A stretch of DNA of 64,000 nt from contig JACPTF010000002.1 in the NCBI GenBank assembly GCA_016192915.1, forward strand, positions 67,530 to 131,529, read 5' to 3'. This DNA comes from Candidatus Woesearchaeota archaeon (GTDB lineage: Archaea; Nanobdellota; Nanobdellia; Woesearchaeales; UBA10216). The notes under the pieces are model-generated. The model made no database searches and had not been told where the DNA came from. It was given only the letters and a program-made list of their open reading frames with translations. Positions 29,779-38,452 of the stretch are shown in pieces. Every line of letters begins with the position of its first letter. Position 1 is the first letter of the stretch. Both the position numbers and the translations under genes were made by a program.

Positions 29779-31140
29779 ATGATACACCTGAGCACATCGC
29801 TGAAGTATTACAAAAGGGAAGACGTACAGATGGCTCTTGTAGAGCACGGAAGGGACAAGGAGGTAGCTGCCAGGTTTAATGAGCAGTTCGGGAAAAGGCC
29901 TGACACGCTCACGTATCCTGGTGATATTCTTGAGCTGGCAAAACAGGGAGCAACATCCTTCCACTGCTCTGAAGAGTTATGGACAAACCCGCTACAGCTG
30001 GTGCCCCAGATGCCGAAGGCAGAGCTGGACAAGCTCAGGAAGGGGTGGGACCTGCTTCTTGATGTTGACTGTGCCATAGTTGATTACTCAAAAATAGCTG
30101 CCGACCTGATTGTAAAGGAGCTGAAGCTGCAAGGGGTAAGGAGCGTGACGGCAAAGTTTAGCGGCAATAAAGGTTTTCACATAGCTGTGCCTTACGAGGC
30201 TTTCCCGCAGAACGTCCTAGGAAAGGAAACCCAGGAGCTTTTTCCGGAAGCGCCAAAAAAGATAGCACTCTACATCAAAGAAAGGATTAAAAAAAGGCTC
30301 GGAAATGAGATACTTAAGAAAGAAAGCAACTCATTCACCAACGTTGCGGTGAAGACTGGCAAAAAAGTTGCTGAAATAACAAGCAGGAACGAAAGCAGCG
30401 AAGTGACGGCAACAGATAAGCCACTCCTGAATCCTGAGCCATTCCTTGTCATAGACACCCTCCTAATCTCATCACGGCACATGTACAGGATGCCGTACTC
30501 GCTTCATGAGAAATCGGGGCTTGTTTCTGTGCCAGTGGGTGTTGACAGAATCATGGAGTTTTCAAAAGAGCATGCTGTTGCAGAAAAAGTAAAGGCCGGG
30601 GCTTACCCCTTCATGGAGAGGAAAAATGCGAGGCAGGATGAGGCAGAACGGCTTTTCCTCGCTGCGTACGACTTTGGCAAAAAGCAAACTGTAAAAGTTG
30701 AAGTAGAAAAAGACAGCAGCTACCGTGGAGAATACGAGGAGATTGAAGGCAAAATACCAGAGCAGTATTTCCCGCCATGCATCAAAAAAATTCTTGAAGG
30801 CGTTGCTGACGGAAGGAAAAGGGCGCTGTTTGTGCTGGTGAATTTCCTCAGCAGCTGCAATTGGGGTCCTGCAGAGATTGAGACCCTGGTAAAGGAATGG
30901 AACCAACGAAACAAGGAGCCACTGCCTCATCTTGCCATCAGCTCACATCTCAACTACCACAAGCAGCAAAGCAAGAAGGCACTGCCACCAAACTGCAGCA
31001 ACGCAAGCTACTACAAGGAACTGGGGATAGAATGCACGCCTGAATGCGGCAACTGCAAGAACCCTGTTGCTGAAGCAAAGCAGATTTACAGGAGAGCGAT
31101 GAGAATGGCTACTTCTACCAACAGCAAGAAATCAAAGTAA
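29779..31140 (+). CDS. priS: DNA primase: small catalytic subunit (PriS) fused to a PriL C-terminal-domain-like Fe-S module
   Basis: N-terminal half has primase motifs LLDVD and SGNKGFHI. C-terminal half has the PriL-CTD signature YFPPCIKKILEG...GRKRALFVLVNFL plus a Cys cluster CSNASYYKELGIECTPECGNC. Confidence 0.75.
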   Translation: MIHLSTSLKYYKREDVQMALVEHGRDKEVAARFNEQFGKRPDTLTYPGDILELAKQGATSFHCSEELWTNPLQLVPQMPKAELDKLRKGWDLLLDVDCAIVDYSKIAADLIVKELKLQGVRSVTAKFSGNKGFHIAVPYEAFPQNVLGKETQELFPEAPKKIALYIKERIKKRLGNEILKKESNSFTNVAVKTGKKVAEITSRNESSEVTATDKPLLNPEPFLVIDTLLISSRHMYRMPYSLHEKSGLVSVPVGVDRIMEFSKEHAVAEKVKAGAYPFMERKNARQDEAERLFLAAYDFGKKQTVKVEVEKDSSYRGEYEEIEGKIPEQYFPPCIKKILEGVADGRKRALFVLVNFLSSCNWGPAEIETLVKEWNQRNKEPLPHLAISSHLNYHKQQSKKALPPNCSNASYYKELGIECTPECGNCKNPVAEAKQIYRRAMRMATSTNSKKSK

Positions 31141-31142
31141 TT

Positions 31143-31925
31143 TTAGTTTTTTGCGTTACTAATCTCGTAAATAGCCTGCCTGCCATAAAAAAAGCTGTCG
31201 GGGTGTGACATCTCGGAAAACGCCTTGCCGGAAATAACAACTTCTCTAGAACTAGGCCAGTAATCTGGAAATATGTTAAATACGCGCAATTGATTCAGTT
31301 TGGAATCAGATAATAAAAAGAAGTTGCCGACCGAGCCTAGCCAGCCTATTGCAGCAGCACCAGCAGCTGTACTCAGTAGGCCAAACCCCCATTTAAACCA
31401 AGTAGGAGCTATAGCGGCAGGAGTCTTAAAAGTAGCTGGAGCGACAATACCTCCAAAAACCCCCCCAGCAATAGCTCCGATTGCAGTGCTTATTTTAGTA
31501 ACCGTTCCGGCTCTAAGCCGCCTCTCAATAAGCCCTGAAGAGAGCTGCTGTGCGTTTGAAACAATTTCGTCAAGGGAGGGCGTGTCGGCTTCAGGATTGG
31601 ACATGAAAACATAACCGAGCTTGCCTTTGGCATCAGTGTAGTATGCAACGACAGAAGCGAAACGGGCCTGCTCAGTGCCTGAGGAAAACAGTGGATAATC
31701 GTCTCTTGCCATAACTTTCCAAAGTCCTTTACGTGTTGGCACTTCCCGTTCAGGCACATAGCCTAAGGAAACCAAGACAGAATCAAGACTCTTTGGAGTC
31801 TCATATTCAAATTTGTAATCAATAATTGCGTCATTGATTGCGCGTATGGTTCTGATTCTTGTGCTCTTACTACTATCTACCACATCGACACTAACAGCTT
31901 GCGAAGCCACAGTGATTATGACCAA
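31143..31925 (-). CDS. Hypothetical membrane protein with N-terminal signal/TM and glycine-zipper C-terminal TM segments
   Basis: 260 aa; GxxxG-rich hydrophobic stretch AIGAIAGGVFGGIVAPA...AAGAAAIGWLGSVG; TATA-like box upstream on the minus strand. Confidence 0.5.
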   Translation of the reverse strand: MVIITVASQAVSVDVVDSSKSTRIRTIRAINDAIIDYKFEYETPKSLDSVLVSLGYVPEREVPTRKGLWKVMARDDYPLFSSGTEQARFASVVAYYTDAKGKLGYVFMSNPEADTPSLDEIVSNAQQLSSGLIERRLRAGTVTKISTAIGAIAGGVFGGIVAPATFKTPAAIAPTWFKWGFGLLSTAAGAAAIGWLGSVGNFFLLSDSKLNQLRVFNIFPDYWPSSREVVISGKAFSEMSHPDSFFYGRQAIYEISNAKN

Positions 31926-32124
31926 TATAAGTTAAGTTTATATATTTTTAGCAAAGGAAACGCAAAGTTGGCAGTAACCTTTAAATACCACCCCTTAGTT
32001 TCTCCTCTATAACTTATCCGCCCGAGTTCTGGGAAGAGCGATTGAGGGCGTGTGACCTTTTTTGCTGCGGCCAAAAAGCTCAACCAAAAACAGACTTCTC
32101 AGAACTGATTTTGTAACGTTGAAA

Positions 32125-32652
32125 ATGGAACAGGCACAAACAGAACAACAATTCAAGCACATAGTGCGCATAGCAAACACAGACCTAGACGGTAATAGAA
32201 AGGTATCTGATGCGATAAGAAAAATCAAGGGAATAGGATTTTCCTTCGCAAACGCCATATGCCAGCTCGCGCAGATAAACGGCGACAAAAAGGCAGGCAA
32301 CCTCATCCCTGAAGAGGTTAAAAGAATTGACGAAACAATAGCGAATGCAGGCAAGACTATTCCTGTATGGATGCTAAACAGGAGAAAAGACCTCGAGGAT
32401 GGCACGGACAAGCACCTAATCGGGGCAGGCCTCACATTTGCGCAGGAAAGTGACATAAGGTTCATGAAGCAGATAAGAAGCTACAAAGGCGTAAGGCACG
32501 CGATGGGCGCGCCGGTAAGGGGCCAGAGAACAAGGTCAAACTTCAGAAGGAACAAAGGAAAGGTAATCGGCGTAATAAAGAAGAAGGAAGCCGCGGCAGC
32601 AGCTCCGGCAAAGGAAGAGAAAGGCGGGAAGGAAAAGAAAGAGAAAAAGTGA
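32125..32652 (+). CDS. rps13: Ribosomal protein S13 with K/E-rich C-terminal tail
   Basis: Start MEQAQTEQQFKHIVRIANTDLDG typical of S13; the ORF-track start at 32062 is an upstream extension. Confidence 0.85.
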   Translation: MEQAQTEQQFKHIVRIANTDLDGNRKVSDAIRKIKGIGFSFANAICQLAQINGDKKAGNLIPEEVKRIDETIANAGKTIPVWMLNRRKDLEDGTDKHLIGAGLTFAQESDIRFMKQIRSYKGVRHAMGAPVRGQRTRSNFRRNKGKVIGVIKKKEAAAAAPAKEEKGGKEKKEKK

Positions 32653-32675
32653 AGCATAAGGCAAGGTAACTCAAA

Positions 32676-33296
32676 ATGGGAGACACAAGACGATTCAAGA
32701 AAAGCTACACACGCCCCTTAAAGGTGTGGGATGATGTGAGAATAGAAGAGGAAAAAAAGCTTACGAAGGGCTACGGCCTCAAAAACAAGAAAGAAATCTG
32801 GAAGGCAGAATCCATGCTAAGAGGGTTTAAGGCACAGGCAAAAAAGCTCATAGCAACAAGGGGAAAGCAGGCTGAAAAAGAAAAACAGCAGCTGCTCACA
32901 AAGCTCGCTTCACTAGGATTAACAACACAAAACGCGGACCTCGACACAGTGCTTGGGCTCACAATGAGCAACATACTGGACAGGCGGCTGCAAACAATTG
33001 TCAACAACAAGAAACTGGCAAGGTCAATCACTCAGGCAAGGCAATTCATAGTGCACGAGCACATACTGGTAGGCGGCAAGAAGGTATCAGTGCCATCCTA
33101 CCTCGTAAGGAAAAATGAGGAAGACACGATAGTATTCAGCCAGGCATCAAAGCTTTCCAGCGACATGCATCCGGAAAGGGTGCAAAAACAGGCTGCAACG
33201 CCAACAGACACAGAAGTTGTTGCAGAGACAAAGGCTGAAAAAGAAGCGGAAGCAGCCGAAACAGAAGTTAAGGTGGAAACGAAAGCAGAGGCGTGA
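32676..33296 (+). CDS. rps4: Ribosomal protein S4 with E/A/K-rich C-terminal tail
   Basis: 206 aa; S4 domain; S13-S4-S11-rpoD order. Confidence 0.85.
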   Translation: MGDTRRFKKSYTRPLKVWDDVRIEEEKKLTKGYGLKNKKEIWKAESMLRGFKAQAKKLIATRGKQAEKEKQQLLTKLASLGLTTQNADLDTVLGLTMSNILDRRLQTIVNNKKLARSITQARQFIVHEHILVGGKKVSVPSYLVRKNEEDTIVFSQASKLSSDMHPERVQKQAATPTDTEVVAETKAEKEAEAAETEVKVETKAEA

Positions 33297-33700
33297 AAAT
33301 GGAAAGGGAAAGAACAACACGGTGGGGAATAGCTCACATATTCAGCTCATACAACAACACAATCATACACATAACAGACGTAACAGGCACAGAAACACTG
33401 GGCAAGGCCACAGGCGGAATGGTCGTGAAAGCTGACAGGCTTGAAGGCTCGCCAACAGCAGCCATGGCGGCAGCCAAAAGGGCAGCCGAACAGGCAATGG
33501 AGAAGGGCATAACAGGGATACACGTAAAAATAAAGGCGCCAGGGGGTCACAACGGCCCAAACACGCCAGGGCCAGGGGCACAGGCAGCCGTAAGGGCGCT
33601 ATCAAGAATGGGGCTAAGGATAGGAACAATAGAAGATGTAACACCATTGCCTCACGACAGCTGCAGAAAGAAAGGCGGCAAACGCGGCAGAAGGGTATGA
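33293..33700 (+). CDS. rps11: Ribosomal protein S11
   Basis: 135 aa; strong S11 similarity. Confidence 0.9.
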   Translation: MKMERERTTRWGIAHIFSSYNNTIIHITDVTGTETLGKATGGMVVKADRLEGSPTAAMAAAKRAAEQAMEKGITGIHVKIKAPGGHNGPNTPGPGAQAAVRALSRMGLRIGTIEDVTPLPHDSCRKKGGKRGRRV

Positions 33701-33731
33701 CCCTTTTCGTGGAAAAGGTTCAATCCAAAAA
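33698..33731. repeat. Second conserved motif, copy a (tgacccttttcgtggaaaaggttcaatccaaaaa) between rps11 and rpoD
   Basis: Hairpin cctttt-N5-aaaagg followed by ttcaatccaaaaa; near-identical to the copy inside the tRNA-Leu intron. Confidence 0.7.
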
Positions 33732-33768
33732 CGACACTAGGTGAAACAACAACATCGGCAAGAAGCCG

Positions 33769-34590
33769 ATGAGTTTTAACCAGGAGGTTAAAATGACGGA
33801 GATTGAAGTCATAAAGGCGGACAAGAAAAACAACAGGCTCACACTGCTAATCAGGAAATCAAACGCACCATTCGTAAACGCAGTAAGAAGGGCAATAGTG
33901 GAAAGCGTGCCCACAATGGCAATAGAAGACGTTGAGATAAGAAAAAACAGCTCAGTGCTTTACGACGAGGTAATAGCGCACAGATTAGGGCTACTCCCGC
34001 TGACAACAGACTTAGAATCATACAACCTCCAGGCAAAATGCAAATGCAACGGCGAGGGATGCGCAAACTGCCAGGTCAAGCTCACGCTTGAGTCAGAAGG
34101 GCCGGGAATAATAACGGCCTCAGAGATAAAATCAAAAGATCCCAAAATAAAACCGGTATTCCCCGAAACACCAATAGTAAAGCTCCTCAAAGGGCAAAAG
34201 GTAGAAGTTGAAGCAACAGCAGTGCTCGGCACAGGAAAAGTCCACGCAAAATGGAGCCCGGCACACGTCTGGTATAAGCACAAGCCTATACTAAAAATTG
34301 GCAGCGTCAAAGAGCCCCAAAAAGTAGTGGATGCGTGCCCGCCCGGAGTCTTTGAAATCAAAAACGGGAAGCTGGTCGCGAATGAGGAAAAACTGCTCAC
34401 AACAGACCTTGCCGGGCTTGCCGAAGAAGCAAGCAATGGCGAAGTAAACATAGAAAAGTCGGATGACTTTGTAATGTTCATAGAAAGCTTCGGGCAGCTT
34501 GACTGCAAGGAAATACTGGAGCAGGCCACAAAATCGCTTGACGAAGACCTGGAAGAGTTCGAAAAACTCCTCAAAGAAACCAAAGAATAA
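33769..34590 (+). CDS. rpoD: DNA-directed RNA polymerase subunit D
   Basis: 273 aa; RpoD/Rpb3 fold with Cys cluster CKCNGEGCANCQ; cluster order. Confidence 0.9.
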   Translation: MSFNQEVKMTEIEVIKADKKNNRLTLLIRKSNAPFVNAVRRAIVESVPTMAIEDVEIRKNSSVLYDEVIAHRLGLLPLTTDLESYNLQAKCKCNGEGCANCQVKLTLESEGPGIITASEIKSKDPKIKPVFPETPIVKLLKGQKVEVEATAVLGTGKVHAKWSPAHVWYKHKPILKIGSVKEPQKVVDACPPGVFEIKNGKLVANEEKLLTTDLAGLAEEASNGEVNIEKSDDFVMFIESFGQLDCKEILEQATKSLDEDLEEFEKLLKETKE

Positions 34591-34644
34591 GCATTTGCAC
34601 TCACTCCTCACAGCGAGGGTTGGGGTTGATAAGGGGGCGTAGAG

Positions 34645-34694
34645 CACAATTCCGCCAAGGCGGAATGTGCAATCGGGTTTTCCCCGATTTGCAC
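34645..34694. repeat. Modular palindromic repeat element, copy 3, between rpoD and tRNA-Leu
   Basis: Perfect hairpin cacaattccgcc-aag-gcggaatgtg, then caatcggg-ttttc-cccgatttg; same two units as the in-frame copy inside gatA. Confidence 0.8.
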
Positions 34695-34701
34695 CCTTAT
34701 A

Positions 34702-34841
34702 GCGGGGGTGGCAGAGCCTGGTCAAATGCGCTACCTTGAGGTGACCCTTTTTGGAACAAAAAGGTTCAATCCAAAAAAGTTGAAGGGTTGCGAACGGGTA
34801 GTCCCTTAGTGGGTGCGCGTGTTCGAATCACGTCCCCCGCA
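34702..34841 (+). tRNA. tRNA-Leu(GAG) with 54-nt intron at the canonical 37/38 position
   Basis: Manual fold: acceptor GCGGGGG/CCCCCGC (7 bp), D-arm GCAG...AUGC, anticodon stem CUACC/GGUAG with loop UUGAGG (anticodon GAG), long variable arm UCCCUUAGUGGGUGC, T-arm GCGUG-UUCGAAU-CACGU, discriminator A; CCA not encoded; intron 34742-34795. Confidence 0.8.
34742..34778 (+). repeat. Second conserved motif, copy b, inside the tRNA-Leu intron
   Basis: tgaccctttttggaacaaaaaggttcaatccaaaaaa; same hairpin stem (cctttt/aaaagg) and ttcaatccaaaaa tail as copies a and c. Confidence 0.7.
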
Positions 34842-34863
34842 CTCATAATAAAAGTGAGAAACG

Positions 34864-35214
34864 ATGGTAAAACCTGATTCACAAAGGCACACGGCAATAA
34901 TTGCCATAAAAACTACCGAAGGGGAAGACCTCGCGGCTGTTGTAAAGGCGGAAGCGCTGAAACTGAGAAGGCATGCAGGTTTAAGGCACAAGCCTCTCTG
35001 GCACAGCGGAAACTACATTGTGCTTAGAGCAAGCAGAAATTATGCGCTTGAAATTGTCGCGGCACAAACGCAAGAAGCTGGAGTTGTGAGGCTGACAATC
35101 AACAGCACAGGAACTGGTGCAATGCCGAAGCATGTTACAGACACCTTGCGGAAACAAGGCTACACGCCATTAGCCAAACAACATGTGCAGTTAGATGCAC
35201 TGTACAGACTATGA
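34864..35214 (+). CDS. Hypothetical small protein (weak resemblance to RNase P Pop5-like fold)
   Basis: 116 aa; host-like GC; pattern TAIIAIK..., LWHSGNYIVLRASRNYALEIVAA, VRLTINSTGTG loosely parallels Pop5 blocks; not verifiable here. Confidence 0.35.
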   Translation: MVKPDSQRHTAIIAIKTTEGEDLAAVVKAEALKLRRHAGLRHKPLWHSGNYIVLRASRNYALEIVAAQTQEAGVVRLTINSTGTGAMPKHVTDTLRKQGYTPLAKQHVQLDALYRL

Positions 35215-35218
35215 TAAG

Positions 35219-35578
35219 ATGAGAACCGGACCAACAAACATAAACCTGAAGAGCCTGATAGGCGAGCTCAGGAAGAAGGCCTATGCAGAGAACTCACCGC
35301 TACTTGCAAGAATAGCAGAGGACCTTGAGAAGTCAACAAGGCAGAGAAGGGCTGTTAACCTTTCCAAGATAAGCAGGTATGCCAAGAAGGGAGAGCTGGT
35401 TGTAGTCCCTGGAAAAGTGCTGGCGGCAGGAGAGCTGAACCAGAGCTTAACAATAGCCGCCTGGAAGTTTTCTGAACAGGCCCTCGATAAGATATCAAAG
35501 GCAAACGCCAAGGCAATAACAATCAATGATCTTATGAAGAACAGGGTAAAAAACACGGCAGTGAGGATAATAGGCTGA
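35219..35578 (+). CDS. rpl18e: Ribosomal protein L18e
   Basis: Start MRTGPTNINL; the ORF-track start at 35195 is an upstream extension; rpoD-L18e-L13-S9-rpoN order. Confidence 0.8.
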   Translation: MRTGPTNINLKSLIGELRKKAYAENSPLLARIAEDLEKSTRQRRAVNLSKISRYAKKGELVVVPGKVLAAGELNQSLTIAAWKFSEQALDKISKANAKAITINDLMKNRVKNTAVRIIG

Positions 35579-35596
35579 AAGATAAAGTGATAAAAA

Positions 35597-36016
35597 ATGG
35601 CCATAATTGACGCAACAAACATGATCCTTGGAAGGCTCGCCACACAGGCAGCCAAGCAGGCACTCAAAGGGGAGGAAGTTACGGTCGTGAACTGCGAAAA
35701 GGCCGTCGTGACGGGAAACAAGGAAAACATATATGAAAACTACATGAAAAAGTTTGATGTAGGGCAGGTAAACCAGGGGCCGTACTTCCCGAAAAGGCCA
35801 GACATGCTCGTAAGAAGAACAATAAGGGGAATGCTGCCTAGAAAAAAGCCAAGGGGAAGGTCTGCATTCGAAAGGGTAAAATGCTACGTAGGCATGCCAC
35901 AGGGTATAAAGGCGGAAGACGCCAAAATAGTGCCTGGGGCAAGCATAGAAAAGGCAAAAAAAGTGCCATTCATGACTGTTAGCCAGTTATGCAAGCACAT
36001 AGGCTACAAAGGGTAA
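35597..36016 (+). CDS. rpl13: Ribosomal protein L13
   Basis: 139 aa; L13 family. Confidence 0.9.
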   Translation: MAIIDATNMILGRLATQAAKQALKGEEVTVVNCEKAVVTGNKENIYENYMKKFDVGQVNQGPYFPKRPDMLVRRTIRGMLPRKKPRGRSAFERVKCYVGMPQGIKAEDAKIVPGASIEKAKKVPFMTVSQLCKHIGYKG

Positions 36017-36021
36017 CAAAA

Positions 36022-36432
36022 ATGACAGCAAGCAAGGTTATAGTTGTCTCAGGAAAAAGGAAAAGCGCCATAGCAAGGGCAATAGTAAGGCCTGGCAGCG
36101 GAAAGGTCACTGTAAACGGCAAGATGCTCGACTATTATGAGCCAGCTATTGCAAGAATGAAGCTTCAGGAGCCAATCCTGCTTGCAGGAGATGGCGCTGC
36201 AAAGGTTGACGTAGAAATTAACGTAAGAGGAGGGGGCGTGATGGGCCAGGCAGAGGCAGCAAGGCTAGCCATGGCAAAAGGCGTGGTGGCCTTCCTTAGG
36301 GACAAAAAGCTTGAGAAGGCATTCCTCGAGTATGACAGGCACTTGCTTGTTGCCGACGTAAGAAGGAAAGAAGTCAGGAAGCCGAACAGGCACGGAAAAG
36401 CCAGGGCAGCGGTTCAGAAAAGTTATAGATAA
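36022..36432 (+). CDS. rps9: Ribosomal protein S9
   Basis: Start MTASKVIVVSGKRKSAIA...; ends ...QKSYR as in S9. Confidence 0.9.
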   Translation: MTASKVIVVSGKRKSAIARAIVRPGSGKVTVNGKMLDYYEPAIARMKLQEPILLAGDGAAKVDVEINVRGGGVMGQAEAARLAMAKGVVAFLRDKKLEKAFLEYDRHLLVADVRRKEVRKPNRHGKARAAVQKSYR

Positions 36433-37856
36433 TTTTCAATTTTTTGGAATTCTTCCGTATTTTTAATTTCTCACTGGACACTGGACATGTGCCCGGCGAG
36501 GGTATTTAAGCTAGTTCTGCTGCGTGTTTCAGAGATCAGAAAAATGGATAAAAAAGATACCAGAGTTGTGTTAAAACCTGAATTCCAGAGAGAATTGTTT
36601 ACAAAGCTATTGAAAACTTATGCAAGAATGAAACTTGCGAAACTTATAGGCATATCTTCAGCAATGCTATACCACTACAAGAATTTGAGAGTTAGGAACA
36701 TTTCTCTTGCTACACTTGAAAGAGGGGCTATGCTTCTCGAAATAGAAATGAACAAAATAGAGGGATATATACTCAACACATATTCATTTAAAGAGAGTGT
36801 TCAAGATATTATGAAAGAAGGAAGTGCTAAACGCCATCAGCTACTAAAAGATTTTAGGAACGAAATTCCTAAAATTTCGGAAATTGCCTCAAATGGGCAG
36901 TTAGATGTTGAGAAATGGTTCTTAGCCTATAAGAAGCTCATAGATTTTGGGGCAAGGCAGTTTACTAAAATAAGAGAAAAGGGTAATCGGCTGCTGCTTG
37001 AATATACAAATTTCGCCAATGGCAAGCAAAAGGCGTTCAAAACCGTTTTACCGCGAAAAATAGAGGTTGATAGAGATTTTCTCTACTTCTTTGGACTTTG
37101 GCTTGGTGACAAGGCCGGAGGGGGAAGGATTGGTGTAGTAAACAAAGAACCTAAAATTAATTTTGAAACTTCAAAATTATTGCAAAAGTATCGCCAAACC
37201 CCGTTTTTCGAATTATATGTGGATAGAAATGTAGAGATTCCAAAAACAATCAAGGTAGATAAAATAACAAAAAAAGGGCTGACGGGTTGGGCCATTAGTG
37301 TTTATTCTGTCAATAGTATCTTTAAACGCTTTTTTGAATATTTAGAAGCTAATTTGGATGAATTTCTAAATCTTATGCCAAATAAAGCTGTGGTATTTGC
37401 TGGACTGTTTGATGCAGAGGGCAATATACTTTTAGAAGATAAATGTTTTAGGTGGGCTTGTAAAGATAAAGTAAAGATAGAAATTTACAAAAAGCATCTT
37501 TTTGAGATGGGGCTTTATAGAAGGTTTGATGGTGGCAATTTGGTTGGTTACGACCTTAATAAGTTCAGAAGTTTAGTGTTTCCTCATTTAAGGCATCCTA
37601 AGAAAATAAATGCGTGTAATTTGCTCTTTTTTAAACAAGGAAATCTTGAAGACCGGTTTATGCGGATTTTAGAGTTCATTCAGGCCAGACCTGGTCAAAC
37701 AAACCGAGAGGTGGCAAAAGCTTTAAAAAGAGCCAAGCGTTCCTCCCAGTTAAAATTTTTGGAGTACTTGGACTTGATTAAGATGACCGATTATCCTAAA
37801 AGAATGTTTATCACTGAAAAAGGTTTGGCTTCTCTTAGCCAAGGGGGCAAGGACAT
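36433..37856 (+). mobile_element. Low-GC (about 36-38%) island carrying a free-standing LAGLIDADG homing-endonuclease-like gene, inserted between rps9 and rpoN
   Basis: Abrupt drop from about 50% GC exactly at the rps9 stop; the island ends at the rpoN start codon; interrupts an otherwise universally conserved archaeal gene order. Confidence 0.7.
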
Positions 37857-37860
37857 ATGA
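36544..37860 (+). CDS. Free-standing double-motif LAGLIDADG homing endonuclease-like protein with flanking HTH/winged-helix domains
   Basis: Two LAGLIDADG blocks (FFGLWLGDKAGGG and VFAGLFDAEGN) about 100 aa apart; N-terminal HTH-like region; AT-rich codon usage; start chosen at MDKKDTR (36544). Confidence 0.7.
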   Translation: MDKKDTRVVLKPEFQRELFTKLLKTYARMKLAKLIGISSAMLYHYKNLRVRNISLATLERGAMLLEIEMNKIEGYILNTYSFKESVQDIMKEGSAKRHQLLKDFRNEIPKISEIASNGQLDVEKWFLAYKKLIDFGARQFTKIREKGNRLLLEYTNFANGKQKAFKTVLPRKIEVDRDFLYFFGLWLGDKAGGGRIGVVNKEPKINFETSKLLQKYRQTPFFELYVDRNVEIPKTIKVDKITKKGLTGWAISVYSVNSIFKRFFEYLEANLDEFLNLMPNKAVVFAGLFDAEGNILLEDKCFRWACKDKVKIEIYKKHLFEMGLYRRFDGGNLVGYDLNKFRSLVFPHLRHPKKINACNLLFFKQGNLEDRFMRILEFIQARPGQTNREVAKALKRAKRSSQLKFLEYLDLIKMTDYPKRMFITEKGLASLSQGGKDI

Positions 37861-38055
37861 TCATACCAGTCCGTTGTTTTTAGCTGCGGAAAACCAGTCG
37901 CGCAGTTTTGGGAGCAGTTTAAGGAAAGGGTTGCCAAGGGAGAAAACGGCAAGAAGGTGCTGGACGAGCTTGGCATGGAAAGGTACTGCTGCAGGGCGCT
38001 GTTCCTGGGGCATGTTGACCTGACAGACATCGCTGCAGAGTTCAAGAAGGCGTAA
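37857..38055 (+). pseudogene. rpoN: RNA polymerase subunit N gene interrupted by a +1 frameshift in a T5 run (37877-37881)
   Basis: ATG-ATC-ATA-CCA-GTC-CGT-TGT-TTT then TAG (MIIPVRCF*). Removing one T gives ...CFSCGKPVAQFWEQFKERVAKGENGKKVLDELGMERYCCRALFLGHVDLTDIAAEFKKA*, a full RpoN. Confidence 0.7.
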
Positions 38056-38452
38056 ACGGGGGTTTGATTAAAAAGGCACAAGCTGGAACGCCATTTTTTG
38101 GGTGAACTTGTGGTTTTCGCAGACAGGCCAGCTTACCTGGCCTGCCACCCTGTTTCAGAAGAGTGGGTGACTTATTTCGAACCAAACGATAGCTACTGGG
38201 ATTCTAACTTCACAAAAAGGTGGGAACAGTTTTGAATAGAAACGGTCAATGAACTGGCTGGACTTGTAGCTTCCGCCCCAGAAGAAAGGGAAGCCATCGT
38301 GGCAACAGTCGAAAACACATTCGGGCTCTCATGGTATGGGCAGCCGCCACAAACCAACCCTGCGGCGGGAAAAGCAGCCGAAGTACTATACAATGCAATC
38401 AAAGTCGTAGCGCTAAGCAAAGTTTAAAAACACTCAGCAGTTCTATCGAGCC

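Noticed and set aside
36487-36543. Upstream extension of the LAGLIDADG ORF (MCPARVFKLVLLRVSEIRK)
   Set aside because: Probably read-through of the AT-rich island's 5' flank. The first plausible start in coding-like sequence is MDKKDTR at 36544.
38236-38427. Open frame encoding about 63 aa (…ELAGLVASAPEEREAIVATVENTFGLSWYGQPP…) between rpoN and leuS
   Set aside because: No ATG/GTG/TTG start in frame after the upstream stop. May be a gene remnant or non-coding. Not reported as a feature.
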